Of a DNA stretch of 64,000 nt, positions 25,653-38,995 are shown in pieces. The position numbers and the translations under genes are program-made. Position 1 is the stretch's first letter; each line of letters opens with the position of its first letter. The stretch lies in NCBI GenBank assembly GCA_951406725.2, contig OX597828.1:16926001-16990000 (forward strand), in the 5' to 3' direction. The DNA comes from Octopus vulgaris (Eukaryota). Below the pieces are notes generated by a model. The model was not told where the DNA came from and ran no database searches. It was given only the letters and a program-made list of their open reading frames with translations.

Positions 25653-25873
25653 ATGATTTTGGTAGGCGGTGCCGATTTTACAAAACTGTAAATAATAATA
25701 ATATTTTATAAGTTTATTAGCGATCACCTTTTATTGACTAAAGTAAGTAGTCAATAATGGGACATAGTAGCCCTACTTTTCCCGTGGAGGGCTTACATAG
25801 ACCAAACATTGCAATCTCTCTCTATCTATCTATCTACATATATGTGTGTTTGTGTGTGTACATATATATACAC

Positions 25874-25929
<56 letters not shown>

Positions 25930-25934
25930 AACAG

Positions 25935-26116
25935 CGCCTTCAACCGATGCTGCTGTGTTTACGTCCCCGTAATCTAGCAGCTCAACAAAACAGACCGATA
26001 GAACAAGTACCAGGCTTACAAAGAATAAGTCCTGGGTTGATTACCTCGACTACAGGTGGTGCTCCAGCATGGCTGTAGTCAGATGACTGAAACAAGTAAA
26101 AGAATAAAACAATAAA

Positions 26117-26185
<69 letters not shown>

Positions 26186-26550
26186 TATATACATATATAT
26201 ATATATATGTATAAATCTATTTTCTTCAATTACTTATTTCAGTCATTAGAAGACGGTCATGCTGAACTGTTTTCAATCGAATATATCGAGCAAGTACATA
26301 TTGTAACACCTAATTTACGGGGACGTAAACACACCAGCACCGGTTGTCAAATGGTGGTGGCGGGACACTAGCACAGACTCAAAGACACACACAGACATAC
26401 ACACACATATATATTCATATATACGACGGGTAGCTTTCAGTTTCCTCTCTACCAAAGCCACTCAGAATTTTGTTAGCCGAAGCACGAGATGCCACATAGT
26501 GGGACTGAAACCGGAACCGTGTGGTTGGAAAGTAAGCTTCTAACCAGACC
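25935..26550. mobile_element. Two SINE family A pieces in opposite orientation (25935-26120 +, 26230-26550 -)
   Basis: Family A body and tail motifs on both strands, separated by (TA)n. Confidence 0.75.
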
Positions 26551-26717
26551 CATACACACACACACACACACACCTATGTGCCTAGCATGGCCACAGTCAT
26601 AGGGCGGAAACATATAAAAGTATAATAGTATAATATATACGTACATTGTTTCATATACATATGTATATACATATATTTGTATATATATACCAACATTCTT
26701 TGAAATGTATATATATG

Positions 26718-26748
<31 letters not shown>

Positions 26749-26755
26749 ATATATA

Positions 26756-26815
<60 letters not shown>

Positions 26816-27172
26816 CTTCTATATGTACGTATTGTATGTAAGAATGTAGGTAACAAAACTTACTGTACACAACATCGATCCAGGTTAGTTAATGTAAAAC
26901 AATGCGATGTTGTAGCTGATGATGTGGTGGTGAATGTTTTCGGGCAAGGAAGGGGATGTAGTTAGCGATGATGCTTTGTAACGGTGGTGACGACTGCGGT
27001 GACGTTGTTGTTAGCGTTTGTGGTAATAGCGAATGGGATGAAACTAAGTTAAAGCTAATATTGCAATTTAACAGTACAAAAGAACGAGGAGCTATTATAG
27101 ACACTGATTATTGCATTTAAATTTAGTTGGCTTTTTATTTCGCAATTCTTGCGTCTATTCTACACATACAAT

Positions 27173-27822
27173 CTCTTTCTATTTTGACAATCTCTCTCTG
27201 TCAGTAAATCTCTCTTATACGCACTTCTACACCCTCTCTTTCTAATTCTCTGTCTCACTCCCTCTGTCGTTCAACTGCAACTCTTTCTATTTTGACAATC
27301 TCTCTCTGTCAGTAAATCTCTCTTATACGCACTTCTACACCCTCCCTTTCTAATTCTCTGTCTCACTCCCTCTGTCGTTCAACTGCAACTCTTTCTATTT
27401 TGACAATCTCTCTCTGTCAGTAAATCTCTCTTATACGCACTTCTACACCCTCTCTTTCTAATTCTCTGTCTCACTCCCTCTGTCGTTCAACTGCAACTCT
27501 TTCTATTTTGACAATCTCTCTCTGTCAGTAAATCTCTCTTATACGCACTTCTACACCCTCCCTTTCTAATTCTCTGTCTCACTCCCTCTGTCGTTCAACT
27601 GCAACTCTTTCTATTTTGACAATCTCTCTCTGTCAGTAAATCTCTCTTATACGCACTTCTACACCCTCCCTTTCTAATTCTCTGTCTCACTCCCTCTGTC
27701 GTTCAACTGCAACTCTTTCTATTTTGACAATCTCTCTCTGTCAGTAAATCTCTCTTATACGCACTTCTACACCCTCCCTTTCTAATTCTCTGTCTCACTC
27801 CCTCTGTCGTTCAACTGCAACT
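27173..27822. repeat. Minisatellite, 6 x 108 bp, near-identical copies
   Basis: Units start at 27173, 27281, 27389, 27497, 27605 and 27713; a single variable site reads T,C,T,C,C,C. Confidence 0.97.
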
Positions 27823-28253
27823 ATCAGGCAGGCAGGCAGGCAGGCTATCGTGTTTAATATTCCATTCATCACTGCCTGCTAAATAGACTACTTCCCATCT
27901 GTATGTACGGACAAAGCTACATATTGATTTGTCTGCTGAGTCACTAACACAAGTTCAACCATATTCCAACAAGCATTGCTGCTGCCGCTGCTGCTGTTAT
28001 TACCGCTGCTGTTACAACTGCTGCTGCTGTTCACCGTTGCTGCTGCTGCTGCTGCCGCTGCTGTTACTGAGGAGGTCGATGCTGGAGCTAAATATTATAT
28101 TTTCTCCCCTCTGCTTGCTGCTGCTGCTGCTGCTTCTGCTACTGCCGCTGCTGCTCATTCTTACAGCTGCTGCTGTTTAAGATGATGATGCTGGAGCTAA
28201 AAATTCTATTTTCTCCCCTCTAAATGCTGCTGCTGTTGCTGAGGCCGCTGCTG

Positions 28254-28293
<40 letters not shown>

Positions 28294-28489
28294 AAATCTT
28301 CAGCTTTGCCGTCGTTATCGTCGAGGGGGTGAACATCTTAGTTATTTTAGTCACCACGACTAACCTAACATACCAAATTAGTAGTTTTATGCCTAGTACC
28401 AATCAAATACTGAGTTCTATTTAAGCGACTAACCCAATCATTTCAAAACCACTCGCCCTGTACCTAAATTAGAAGCAGTTATTTTTAGT

Positions 28490-28701
28490 GAGTTCAATTC
28501 CCACGAAGGTCAGCTTTGCATTCCACAATTTCGGGGTCGATAAATAAGTACCAACTGAACTCTAGTGTTCAGTGTTGATGTAATCAACTTGCCTCTCCCT
28601 CAAAATTTCTGCCCTTGTGCTTATAGTAGAATAGATTATTATTATTATTATTATTACTAATACTATTATTATTATTGTTGTTGCTGTTGTTGTTGTTGTT
28701 G

Positions 28702-28765
<64 letters not shown>

Positions 28766-28787
28766 TACTATTCTTCTTCTTCTTCTT

Positions 28788-28856
<69 letters not shown>

Positions 28857-29345
28857 AAGGCGGCGAGCTGGCGGAATCGTTAGCACGCTGGAGTAAGTGA
28901 TCAGCGGTATTTCGCCTGTCTCTCTGATCTGAGTTCCAATTCCGTCCAGGTCGACTTTACCTTTCATCCTTTCGGGGTCGATAAAATAAGTACCAGTTAT
29001 GTACTGGGGTCGATGCAATCAAATCATTCCCTACCCCAAAATTTCTGACCTTATAACAAAATTTGAACCGATTATTATTATTATGATTATGATTATTATT
29101 ATTATTATTATTATCTATCAGTAGTTTAATTTTTATAGCGTGCTTTCACTTCACTACCGAGCGCAGCTCTGTGTGCCTTGGGTATGTGCTGTGATTTGTT
29201 GTGATGCTCTGATGGTTATTGTATGGAAAGTGTTCTGCGTAGGATGTGTGCAGTGCCTAGTAGTGCAATTTTCTGTATGTTATATGTGTTTGTAAGTCTT
29301 GGTGTTTTTGTTATGTATATGTCTGAATATTTTTTATCATGTCTA

Positions 29346-29404
<59 letters not shown>

Positions 29405-29630
29405 AATTATTATTAAGGTGGTGAGCTCGCAGAATCGTTAGCACGCTGGATGAAGTGCTTAGCAGTATTTCACCTTTCACTACGTTTTCACTTTAAATTT
29501 TGCTGAGGTCGACTTTGTCTTTCCTCCTTTCGGGATCCATAAAATAAGTACCAGTTGAACACTAGGGTCGTTGTAATCGACTCATCCCCCTCATTCCCAA
29601 GCTACTCTTGTGGCAAAAATTTGAAACAAT
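28490..29630 (+). mobile_element. Three SINE family B copies interleaved with (TTA)/(TTG)/(TTC) tracts
   Basis: aaggcggcgagctggc...gagttcaaattcc...tttcatcctttcggggtcgataaaataagtaccagtt at ~28490, 28857 and 29415. Confidence 0.8.
29115..29345 (-). mobile_element. R4/Dong-like LINE 3' end inserted in (TAA)n
   Basis: IQKIALLGTAHILRRTLSIQ* plus 3' UTR, flanked by (TTA)n on both sides. Confidence 0.8.
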
Positions 29631-29698
29631 AATAATAATGATAATAATAATTATAATAATAATAATAATATTAATAATAACAATAATAATAATAATAA

Positions 29699-30785
29699 TG
29701 ACCTCCCATTTCGCCAATGTGCAGGTAATACTTCAGACGTGTTTGTTTGTTTGTTTGACCATTGGCAAGATATCTTAAGAACCGCTGGATGGGTTCGGAT
29801 GAAACGTTCAGAGATGTTTCACCTCGTGATTAGCACGAACTGGTTAGATTTTGGGATCGATCCGGTACCGGACAAGGATTCTGGATTATTTGTTATATTC
29901 AATTTACACATGAAATATTGCAATCTTACATTGACTTCCAAGTCTTTCTCTGATTATCTCCCTTGGAGCTACCCTCATGGTATCCACGTAAGTTATGGCA
30001 GCGTTGCTGTTTACAAAGTATTATTCTCGTTTCTTTATTATTAATTTTATTCCCATCTCTATCTTAATTGAAACTGATGGATAAATAAATCAAACCACAT
30101 AAGCAAACGGCAGCAAAACCATTAAGAAATTAAATAGCACTAACATATTTAGTAACAATAATAAATTTAATTTCTTCTCGAAAAAATTTGTTTTATCCAG
30201 TTTTGAATATATCACTTCTGTTTAAAACGTCTTTGGTACAAGGCCAGCATCGATCTCACTACTAAACTGGTATTTATTTTATCGACCACAAAGGGATGAA
30301 AGATAAAAGTAACCTCAGCAGAATTTGAACTCCTTGAAGGATGTTTTATTTGTTGGATTTTATTTCATGTGCGCAATGACGTTGTTAAACCTCCGTTAAC
30401 AGTACCATCTATTTCACTATAGACGTTAATAGTCGTAAAGGCATATCAGTGAATGGGCTAAAAAAAGGCCTTCATTGAGAAAACTGTCCCTGTTCCCACT
30501 GCAGACAACACACATACAGCATTAAAAACACGGTCCGCCGCACAGCCACATTCACATTCTATGATTACCATTGGGATCGATTAGGTACCGGTTAAAGATT
30601 CTTTGATTATTTTCCCGGTTTCTTTACTTAATTTTTGAGAGCGGTCGGGTTCGATTTTAGTATTCTCATTTGTGAGAGCAGTCGAGTTTATTTCAGATAT
30701 TCTCCTTTTAAAAATCATCTCTGGTTAATCGTTGAGAGAACATTGGTGTTGCCTTGGCAGACGATTGCGCTCTCTGAGTGCTCAT
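29699..30785 (+). mobile_element. Non-autonomous Helentron-like (HINE) element with internal insertions
   Basis: 5' acctccc..gccaa, (GTTT)n, ggatgaaac, ttagattttgggatcgatccgg; 3' ccttggcagacg plus hairpin gcgctctctgagtgc followed by T-rich sequence. Confidence 0.6.
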
Positions 30786-30836
30786 ATTTTTGTTGTTGCT
30801 GTTGTTGTTGTTGTTGTTGTTGTTCTTCTTCTTCTT

Positions 30837-30907
<71 letters not shown>

Positions 30908-31202
30908 CATCATTATAACTGTTGTTGTTGCTGTTGTTGTTGTTGTTGTTGTTGTTCTTCTTCTTCTTCTTCTTCTTGTTCTTCTTCTTCTTATTATTAT
31001 TATAACTGTTGTTGTTGCTGTTGTCAAGGTAGCAAGCTATCAGAATTGTTTGCACGCCAGACATAACGCTTAGTTGCATTTCGTCCGTCTTAACACTCTG
31101 AGTTCAAATTCCGCTGACGTCACGTTTACCTTTCATCATTTTGGGGTCGATAAAATAAGCACCAGTCAAGCAGTAGCATCGATGCTGGTCTTGTACCAAA
31201 AC

Positions 31203-31233
<31 letters not shown>

Positions 31234-31299
31234 GTTGTTGTTGTTGTTGTTATTGTTTTGTTGTTTTTGTTGTTGTTGTTTTTTATGGTTTCCTTTCAT

Positions 31300-31880
31300 T
31301 ATAACTTTATTTCGGCTGCCTTAGTACCGGGCTTCCTCGGGAGGCCAAGAGTAGCAATTCCTTAATATGTTTCTCAGCTCCCTTCTTTATCATTTCCAAC
31401 GCACCAATTACCACTGGTATTATCATAGTACTTAACTTCCACATCTTTTGTGATTTCAATTCGCAGATCTTTATAGTGAGAAAGCATTTCGTATTCCTTT
31501 CTTGAGAATTGATCTTGTGGAACAGACATATCTAAAAACAGACAAGTACCTCTATTGTAGTCCTTGATCACAATGTCTGGTCGATTGGAGTCAACTTTTC
31601 TGTGTGTTTGCATTGGGAAGTTCATAACGATGGTGACGCCTTCGCCATTTATTACATCTGCAGGGTGGTGCCTGTACCACTTATCATGGGATTTAATTTA
31701 GTAGCATTTACAGGCATTCCAGTAGATGTACTACCCTAGTCTGTCATGTCTTATGAGGTACTCCTTTCCAGTGAGGACTGGGCAGCGAGAAACAACAGGA
31801 TCAATTGTCTCTGTGAATATTCCTCAGATTCTTCACGCGTGGTCAGATCCATCTTTATGGAAATTTTTGCATGGTGGTTT
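31300..31880 (-). mobile_element. R4/Dong-like LINE zinc-knuckle and restriction-like endonuclease fragment
   Basis: ETIDPVVSRCPVL..EYLIRHD, NRPDIVIKD...LDMSVPQD...KEYEMLSHYKDLRIEI, IPVVIGAL. Confidence 0.85.
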
Positions 31881-31897
31881 CTGGTAGGTTATGTCTT

Positions 31898-32380
31898 ATC
31901 ATCATCATCATCATCATCACCCTCGTAGTCATCATCATTATCATCGTCGTGGTGATTTTCTTCCTCCTCGTTCTCCTCCTCCACTTCTCCTCGTTCTCCT
32001 CCTCCACTCCTTGTTCTCCTCCTCCACTCCTTGTTCTCCTCCTCCACTCCTTGTTCTCCTCCTCCACTCCTTGTTCTCCTCCTCCACTCCTCCTCCTCTA
32101 CCTCTCCTCCACCTTCTCCTTCTTCTCTTCCTCCTCCTCCTCCTCCTCCTCATCACCATCATCATCATCATCATCATCATCATCACCGTCGTAGTCATCA
32201 TTATCATTGTCTTGTTGATTATCTTCCTCTTCGTTCTCCTCCTCCACGCCTCCTTCTCCGCCCCTCCTCCGCCCCTCCTCCTCCATCTCTCATTCTCCAC
32301 CCCTCCTAGTCTACCCCTCCTCCTCCACCACCTCTCCTCCATCTTCTCTTCTTCCTCCTCACCATCGGCATCATCGCTGT
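31898..32380. repeat. (CAT)/(CCT) low-complexity tract with a 21-bp repeat (ctcctcctccactccttgtt-type)
   Basis: Read directly from sequence. Confidence 0.85.
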
Positions 32381-32919
32381 CACTGAACACGGTCATTATC
32401 GTAACTTCGAAGTCAATGATGGATCCTCTACCGTGAATTTTTTAAACACGGTAAAATAGCAGCCAGATCTCCTCTCAAATGATATTAAATAGACAAACAA
32501 ATAAACATACATGGCTAATACTCACGTAGGTACGGAAAATTAAGGGTTGATTATCTTTGAATCGTCTTTGATCATTGTTTCCACTCAATCAGCGCTGACC
32601 TGGGGTTAAACAGCAGCATCAACAAAAGCAATAACACAAACTCCACCATCAAGAACTATCACTATTTTCTCATAAATGTCTCTGAAGTCGACGTTAAAAA
32701 CATCACTGGAAATTTTGTTGTTGTTCTGATAGAGGTTGTTGTTGTTCTCGTTATTTTTGTCGCTGCTGTTATTGTTACATTTGTTGTTGTTATCACAACG
32801 TTAAATTTGTAAAAAAAATACTATAATGACGTGTAATTATCATCAAAGTTAACAATAGCCCATGCAATATGAGGTGCTTTTCCATCTTTCCAGTAATGTT
32901 ATTCTTTAGGCCCAAAATA

Positions 32920-33725
32920 TTGGTTTCAAATTTTGACACAAGGCCAGCAATTTTAGTGGAACTGTGGGAGTAAATCGATTACAGCCATCCCAACTTTCAA
33001 CTGGTACTTATTTTATCGACTTTGAAAAGATGAAAGGCAAAGTCGTCCTCAGTGAAATTTGAACTCAGAAAGTAAAGACAAACGAAATACCTCGAAAGAT
33101 TCTGCCAGCTCACCGCCTTACTCTATACCCAAAATATTGACACAAGGAATCACGCTTTCATCTGGTGGTGCTCGATACGGCCGGGAATGACAGTGTGGAT
33201 TAAGTTAAACATCAAGCACTAACACCTATATTATTTTATCAAACCACCCCAGAACGATGATGAAAACCAAAAATGGCTATAAACAAGGCGGTGAACTCAC
33301 TGAATCTTTAGAACGTCGGGCAAAATTATTAGCAGCGTTTCGTCCGTCTGTACATTCTGTTTACATATTCCGTCGAAGTCGATGTTCCCTTTCATCCTTT
33401 CGGGTTTGATAAGATAAGTACCAGTTAAAAACTGGGGTCGATGCAATCGAATTATCTCCTCCTTAACGTACTGACCTTGAGCCAAAATTGGAAGCTAATA
33501 TATTATGCATATAAGGCTTCGCCCTACCAGAATCAGTAACACGCCAGGTAAAATGCTTAACAGCATGTCATCCGTCTGTATGTTCTGATTGCAAATTCAA
33601 CTAAAGTCGGTTTTGTTTTTCACCCTTTCGGGTTCGATAAAATAAGTAGCAGTTGAGATTTGGGGTCAATGTGATCAACTTACTTCCTCACCCGAGCTTA
33701 CTGGTCTTGTAGCAAAATATGAAAC
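32920..33725. mobile_element. Three SINE family B copies (32920-33120 -, 33285-33490 +, 33512-33725 +)
   Basis: Family B head and cctttcggg-tcgataa-ataagtaccag core. Confidence 0.75.
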
Positions 33726-34512
33726 CCTAAATATGTTTAGTGAAAAATGAAATTAGAATCTACAGGGGCAGAGATAGATGTCCTCTTGACACTCCTACCC
33801 ATGATAGAGAATGAGAGGGAGAGAGTGTGTGTGCGTGTGCGTACGTGTGTGTGTATGTGTGTGTGTGTTCGTGAGAGAGAGAGAGAGAGAGAAATATAGA
33901 AAGACATAGGCAGATACTATCGTACCTGCGCTCTCCACCATGATTGCAACCACAGGTACCATGCCTCGACCCTCCGACAACGACCTTCCACCAATGCTCT
34001 CGGGCCCGGCGAAAAGAGTTTGACTAAAGCACACACCATTGCAACAATGCACCCATGTAAACACATGCACACCCCTATAAGGGGGACACCCAACATAACA
34101 GACTGTTTCACACTACCCGTGCTCACATGCACAGCCTCCCAGACATTACATATTACACACACATTACAAATTGCAAGCTAACAAAACACCCATCCACCAC
34201 TTTATCATTTACAGAAAGAAAACAGATTAACGAACACACCTAAATATACCTACACCTCTAGATAAATTTATGCATAAGACACCACTACACATATCACAGA
34301 CCTTATTCCTATAGGAGCACTTCATTAATGATACACATCTTCCACTCTTCAAAGTAAGTCTTGCTGGCTTAACAGTATACCCAATCAAGAGACATAACTC
34401 CTAACCTCATCCTCTGTCCCCTCTTTCGCTTCGTCACCTTTCACACACCAGCCGCTTTCCAGCTGTGCTAGCTACTACACCTCTGCTATATTCCCTTCCG
34501 TATCGGCTAACT

Positions 34513-34582
34513 CTGATGAGCGTCAAGTTACATAATCTGATTGTTACCTGACATCCATTGTTTCCTTTACGCGAAACCGATT
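34513..34582 (+). ncRNA. Hammerhead core with long stem II; stems I and III unclear
   Basis: CTGATGA-GCGTcAAG...CTTtACGC-GAAAccgat; 7 of 8 pairs in stem II. Confidence 0.4.
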
Positions 34583-34732
34583 GCTAAGATCATCTGTGAT
34601 GGACATTTAATACTGCACTTTTCTGATAATATATATATATATATACATACATACATATGTGTGTGTGTGTGTACATATATATATATATATATATATACAT
34701 ACATATATATAAAGATGTAGATATATAGGACT

Positions 34733-34847
34733 GAAGGCGCATGGCTCAGTGGCTAGAGCGTCGAGCTTACGATCGCGAGGTTGTGATTTCGAATCGGGTA
34801 CCGGGCTGCGTGTTGTGTTCTTGAGCAAGACACTTAATTTCACGTTG
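34733..34847 (+). mobile_element. tRNA-derived SINE head (family C-related)
   Basis: tggctcagtggctagagcg A box, atttcgaatc B-box-like, ttcttgagcaagacactt core. Confidence 0.7.
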
Positions 34848-34913
34848 TATGTATATATTTTACTAATTTGCCTGTACTTCTAACTCGCTTGCCACACATC
34901 CCTTCTTACATAT

Positions 34914-34951
<38 letters not shown>

Positions 34952-35780
34952 ATATATGAAAATATACGCGTATATGTATCTATGTTTGTTTGTGTGTATG
35001 TGTACGTATGCATATTGGGCAGTCTATGTATATTGCACGCACATACACACATGTATTCCGAGATATGTTGATACATTATAAAATTCTCTGCATTTTCTTA
35101 TATGCACTTCCACGTACATGGTCGCAAGATCTGGAAATAACAGCCAATGTACTCTCACCCCACTTAAAAGTGTAACGGGAAGATAATGAAGATCACGGCT
35201 GGCTTAAAGTAAAACAACACACTTTGGAAAATAATGCTAAATCGTTTATAAATATATGTATGCGTATGTACATTTGTAAGTATGTTTTTGATATGTGTTT
35301 ATATATATGTACATGTGTGTTTGTATGTGTGTGTATATTTGCGGATATATGCATGTGTGTGTATATGTGTGTGTGTTCATGTGCGCGCGTGTGTTGTATG
35401 ATATCCGGCATGGCTAAGTTGTTAAGAAGTTCACTCCGCAATTAACCTGTCTAGTCATTTGTTAACTAGTTTAGCATTAAGCTGTTTGCATGCTTTAGCA
35501 ACAACACTAGTTGTTATTCTATTAGTCAATGACCTACTACAGCTGACTATTAGACAGGCGTTAGATAGAATTAGAGTGAAAGAACTCAATGAAGTAAAAA
35601 CAGAGCACTGTCAAATTGGCGTCTCTTTGGCTGTGTTATACAGGTAAGTTCCAAAACAACAAGGCTCCGTCTTCGATTAATTATATTTACACCATGCCAA
35701 ACGCAGATTATGTTTTCCGAATGAACGAAAAAGGATTAAACTGAACTGCTGTCATCAAACAGTATATGGAACCCATATTT

Positions 35781-36009
35781 AAGGCGGCGAGCTGGCAGAA
35801 ACGTTAGCACGCCGGGCGAAATGCGTAGCCGTATTTCCTCTGCCGCTACGTTCTGAGTTCAAATTCCGCCGAGTTCGACTTTGCCTTTCGGGGTCGATTA
35901 AATAAGTAACAGTTATGCACTGGGGTCGATATAATCGACTTAATCCGTTTGTCTGTCCTTCTTTGTCCCCTTTGTGTTTAGCCCCTTGTGGGTAGTAAAG
36001 AAATAAGTA
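35781..36009 (+). mobile_element. Near-complete SINE family B
   Basis: aaggcggcgagctggcagaaacgttagcacgccggg...gtttagccccttgtgggtagtaaagaaata. Confidence 0.88.
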
Positions 36010-36984
36010 TATGCAACCCAAGAATATGACCACTAGAATTTCAAGCCGCAAGGGGAACATTTATGCGATCGCTCGACCTGCTAGAGATAGCGGTAAAATT
36101 TAAGGCAAATTTTAGAGCACTTGTCAGATGCGTTGGGCTGTGTAATCGGTTTATCATGTGCATTATCATAACAGAGCTTTTATAGAGAAAACGTGTTCTT
36201 TGTTGGCGAAATACGACAGTGATCCGATATTCGCTTTCGATTCAGACAGAAAATATTTAAAATGAAAGGTAAGTTATTGTATGGAATATTGCCGTCCTGG
36301 GGCCACTCCACAAATTATTAGCTGTTTAGCAGTCGCCTGAACGCATAAGCAAATAATTTTGCTGGTTCCCATAAAGAAAAAGCACGTGCCCTTATACGAT
36401 TCATTTATCCGGCTGGGTAACTTTGAATGAGGAGAGTGGCAACAGTGTCGGAACTCGGTGGTCCCCCAAAATCCCCTTACAGCGGTGAACTGGAGAAACA
36501 CGTGTGGTATGACCACACAAAAGGAAAAGGATATTAAATAAGGATAATCATATTAAAAGCGGTCCGTGATAAAACTCATTTAAATATAAAGGTTAGGAGT
36601 CACTGTTGGAAACCACCGTGAAAATGATGGGAACCACTAGTGTAAAGGCAAGAAATGTTCTCCGGTGACGTAAAACAAGAACCGCCAAGTATCCAATTTC
36701 GAAACCGCCAAGACGTATTTAGAACGATTAGATATTTTACTACACACATACACACACACACACACACACATACATACACACACATACACATGCAAATACA
36801 CACGCATATAAATGTAAATGCAAGCACGCATACACATGCATACATACAAACATACATACATATGCAACAATATGCATGAGAAGATATACATAAAGCAAAA
36901 CAGATATACACGTATACATGCATACATGCATACGTACATACATACATACATACATACATACATACATACATACATACATACAAA

Positions 36985-37095
36985 TAAATATTCCCTTTGT
37001 TGATGTTGAAATTCCAATGAAGGCGCCTTGGCTCTAGGTTGGGAACCGGCTCTTTCTCTTTTCGCAAGAATTCTTGAAATAAAATTGAACAATGA
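36985..37095 (+). mobile_element. Short microsatellite-flanked element; second copy at ~56755-56862
   Basis: caatgaagg-gc-ttgg-tctaggtt-gaa-ccggctctttctct...tcttgaaataaaa-tgaa-aat followed by (TA)n in both copies. Confidence 0.7.
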
Positions 37096-37291
37096 TATAT
37101 ATATATATCACAGACACACACACACACACATATATATATATGTATATATATACATATACATATATATATAATATATATATGTATATATATATGTGTGTGT
37201 GTGTATATGTATATACATATATATATATACATATATATATATATAACCATACATATTCATATAAGTATACATACACACATACACACACACG

Positions 37292-38177
37292 GTCGTCTGT
37301 TACGTTCTTGTTCCAATTTTGGGATTTATATATACACATAGTGGCGTACGTACACTTTTGCTCACCTTGTAATTATATATCTAAATACTGTACGGATTTT
37401 TACTCCTTCTTTCAGTCCTCCTCATACTTTCTTCTTTCTTGTAACTTTATTATTTCTTTCCTCATTTCTTTTTCTCGCTCCCTGTCTGTCTAACATTTAT
37501 TGGCCTTCTCTTTCTTTAATGTACGTATATTTCATCGTTTATCTCCCTTGTACCTTCTCTATGTCCCTTTGATTTTTCTCCCTTTCTCGTTCTCCCACTA
37601 ATTCTTCAATCCCTCTGGCCCTATCTTTTCCTCTCTTTCCACGTGACCGGTGTTCGGCCAAGCGTGATCTTTCTTTCTTGGTTTGACCGCCAGACACGAA
37701 GCATCTCTCATTCCCGTCTCCTGACTTTCATCTCTGATGTTTAGCTATGTTCCTGCCTCAGGGCTTTCACTCTACACACCCAGCTCAACTTGATTCGTCG
37801 AAAGACACCTGTTGTTATTTTCTTGTTGTTTGTATTTGTAATTGGAAAATTTTCTCCGTCGTTTTGTCTTTATTTTTGTCTCTGTTGTCGGACACATTCG
37901 CTTGCTTTCTCCCTCAATATTTTATGCCATTAGCTTAGAATTTGGGGGCCAGCCAGATTTGAATATTCTCACGTGTAACCTATCGAAACGGTAAGGATAA
38001 TCTGGAAAGTTGAGTGAGCAGAAAAGGCTACAAATGGTCCGTCCTTGTTTTGTCCAGTCCGTCTTTGTATCATCTATTGGTCCGGATGTTATATTGTCGT
38101 CTGTTGCATTTTTGTTCCATTTTTTCGGGGATTTATATATAAGTATAGCGGCGCACGTACACTTTTGCTTACCTTCT
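37292..38177 (+). mobile_element. Non-coding element with ~80-bp terminal direct repeats, embedded in (CA)n
   Basis: gtcgtctgtt...ttgttcca...gggatttatatata...gtacacttttgct-acctt at 37292-37368 and 38096-38175. Confidence 0.7.
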
Positions 38178-38181
38178 GAGT

Positions 38182-38218
<37 letters not shown>

Positions 38219-38224
38219 ATTGCA

Positions 38225-38959
38225 TATATGGGATCTGGACGTCACCAACAGCAAACAACATGAAATACGAAAACAATAGAGTTAAATACGTAAACAACGA
38301 GACTAAAAATAGAAAACAGGACAAGTAACACAAAGAACGACCCTTCATCAGTTGTCGGCTGTCTATCTAATCCTCATTTCGAGCACCGAACGACAATATG
38401 AGTCTTCGAAGAGAGTTGCTCACATAAATACCAGAAGTAGATTTTAGATTTATGGCGGGTCAAAGTTGGGAACAAAATAGGGAACAGAGGAAACATACAA
38501 GGAAGCCGAACGAAAGAAAACATGGATGGTGTTCGTTAGTCCAGAACGAGGGTAAAATTAGAGAATGTTAGAGAAATATTTTCGTTACAGAGAGAAAAGA
38601 TAGAAGGGAGAGATAGAAGACGTCCAGTCATTAGGATGTCTTGAAGGAACAGACATATGGTCTCATGAAGAAAGAGAGATGGACGATGATAAGGCATGAG
38701 CAGGGAGAGAGAGGGGGGAAGCGAAAGAGGGAGAGAGAAGCAGATAGAAAACAGTGAAGGAGAGAGAAAAGAAATTAGAGAAGGATGGGCGGGAAAACCG
38801 TGTAGTGTCACATGAAAAAAGGTTAAGATAAAATTACTTGGAAATCAAACAACAAGAAAGAAAAATGGAAAACAGAATAAGTAGCACAAAGAACGACCCT
38901 TCATTAGATTAGTTGTCGGCTGTCTCTGTACTCCTCATTTCGAACATTCAACGAAAATA

Positions 38960-38961
<2 letters not shown>
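38225..38961 (-). mobile_element. Non-coding element with ~110-bp direct repeats carrying a CTGATGA box, flanked by (TA)n
   Basis: acaaagaacgacccttcat-agttgtcggctgtct...ctcatttcga...aacga-aatatg at 38291-38400 and 38847-38961. Confidence 0.7.

Positions 38962-38990
<29 letters not shown>

Positions 38991-38995
<5 letters not shown>

Noticed and set aside
27173-27822. CRISPR array or repetitive coding exon
   Set aside because: No unique spacers, eukaryotic context, and stops in all six frames.
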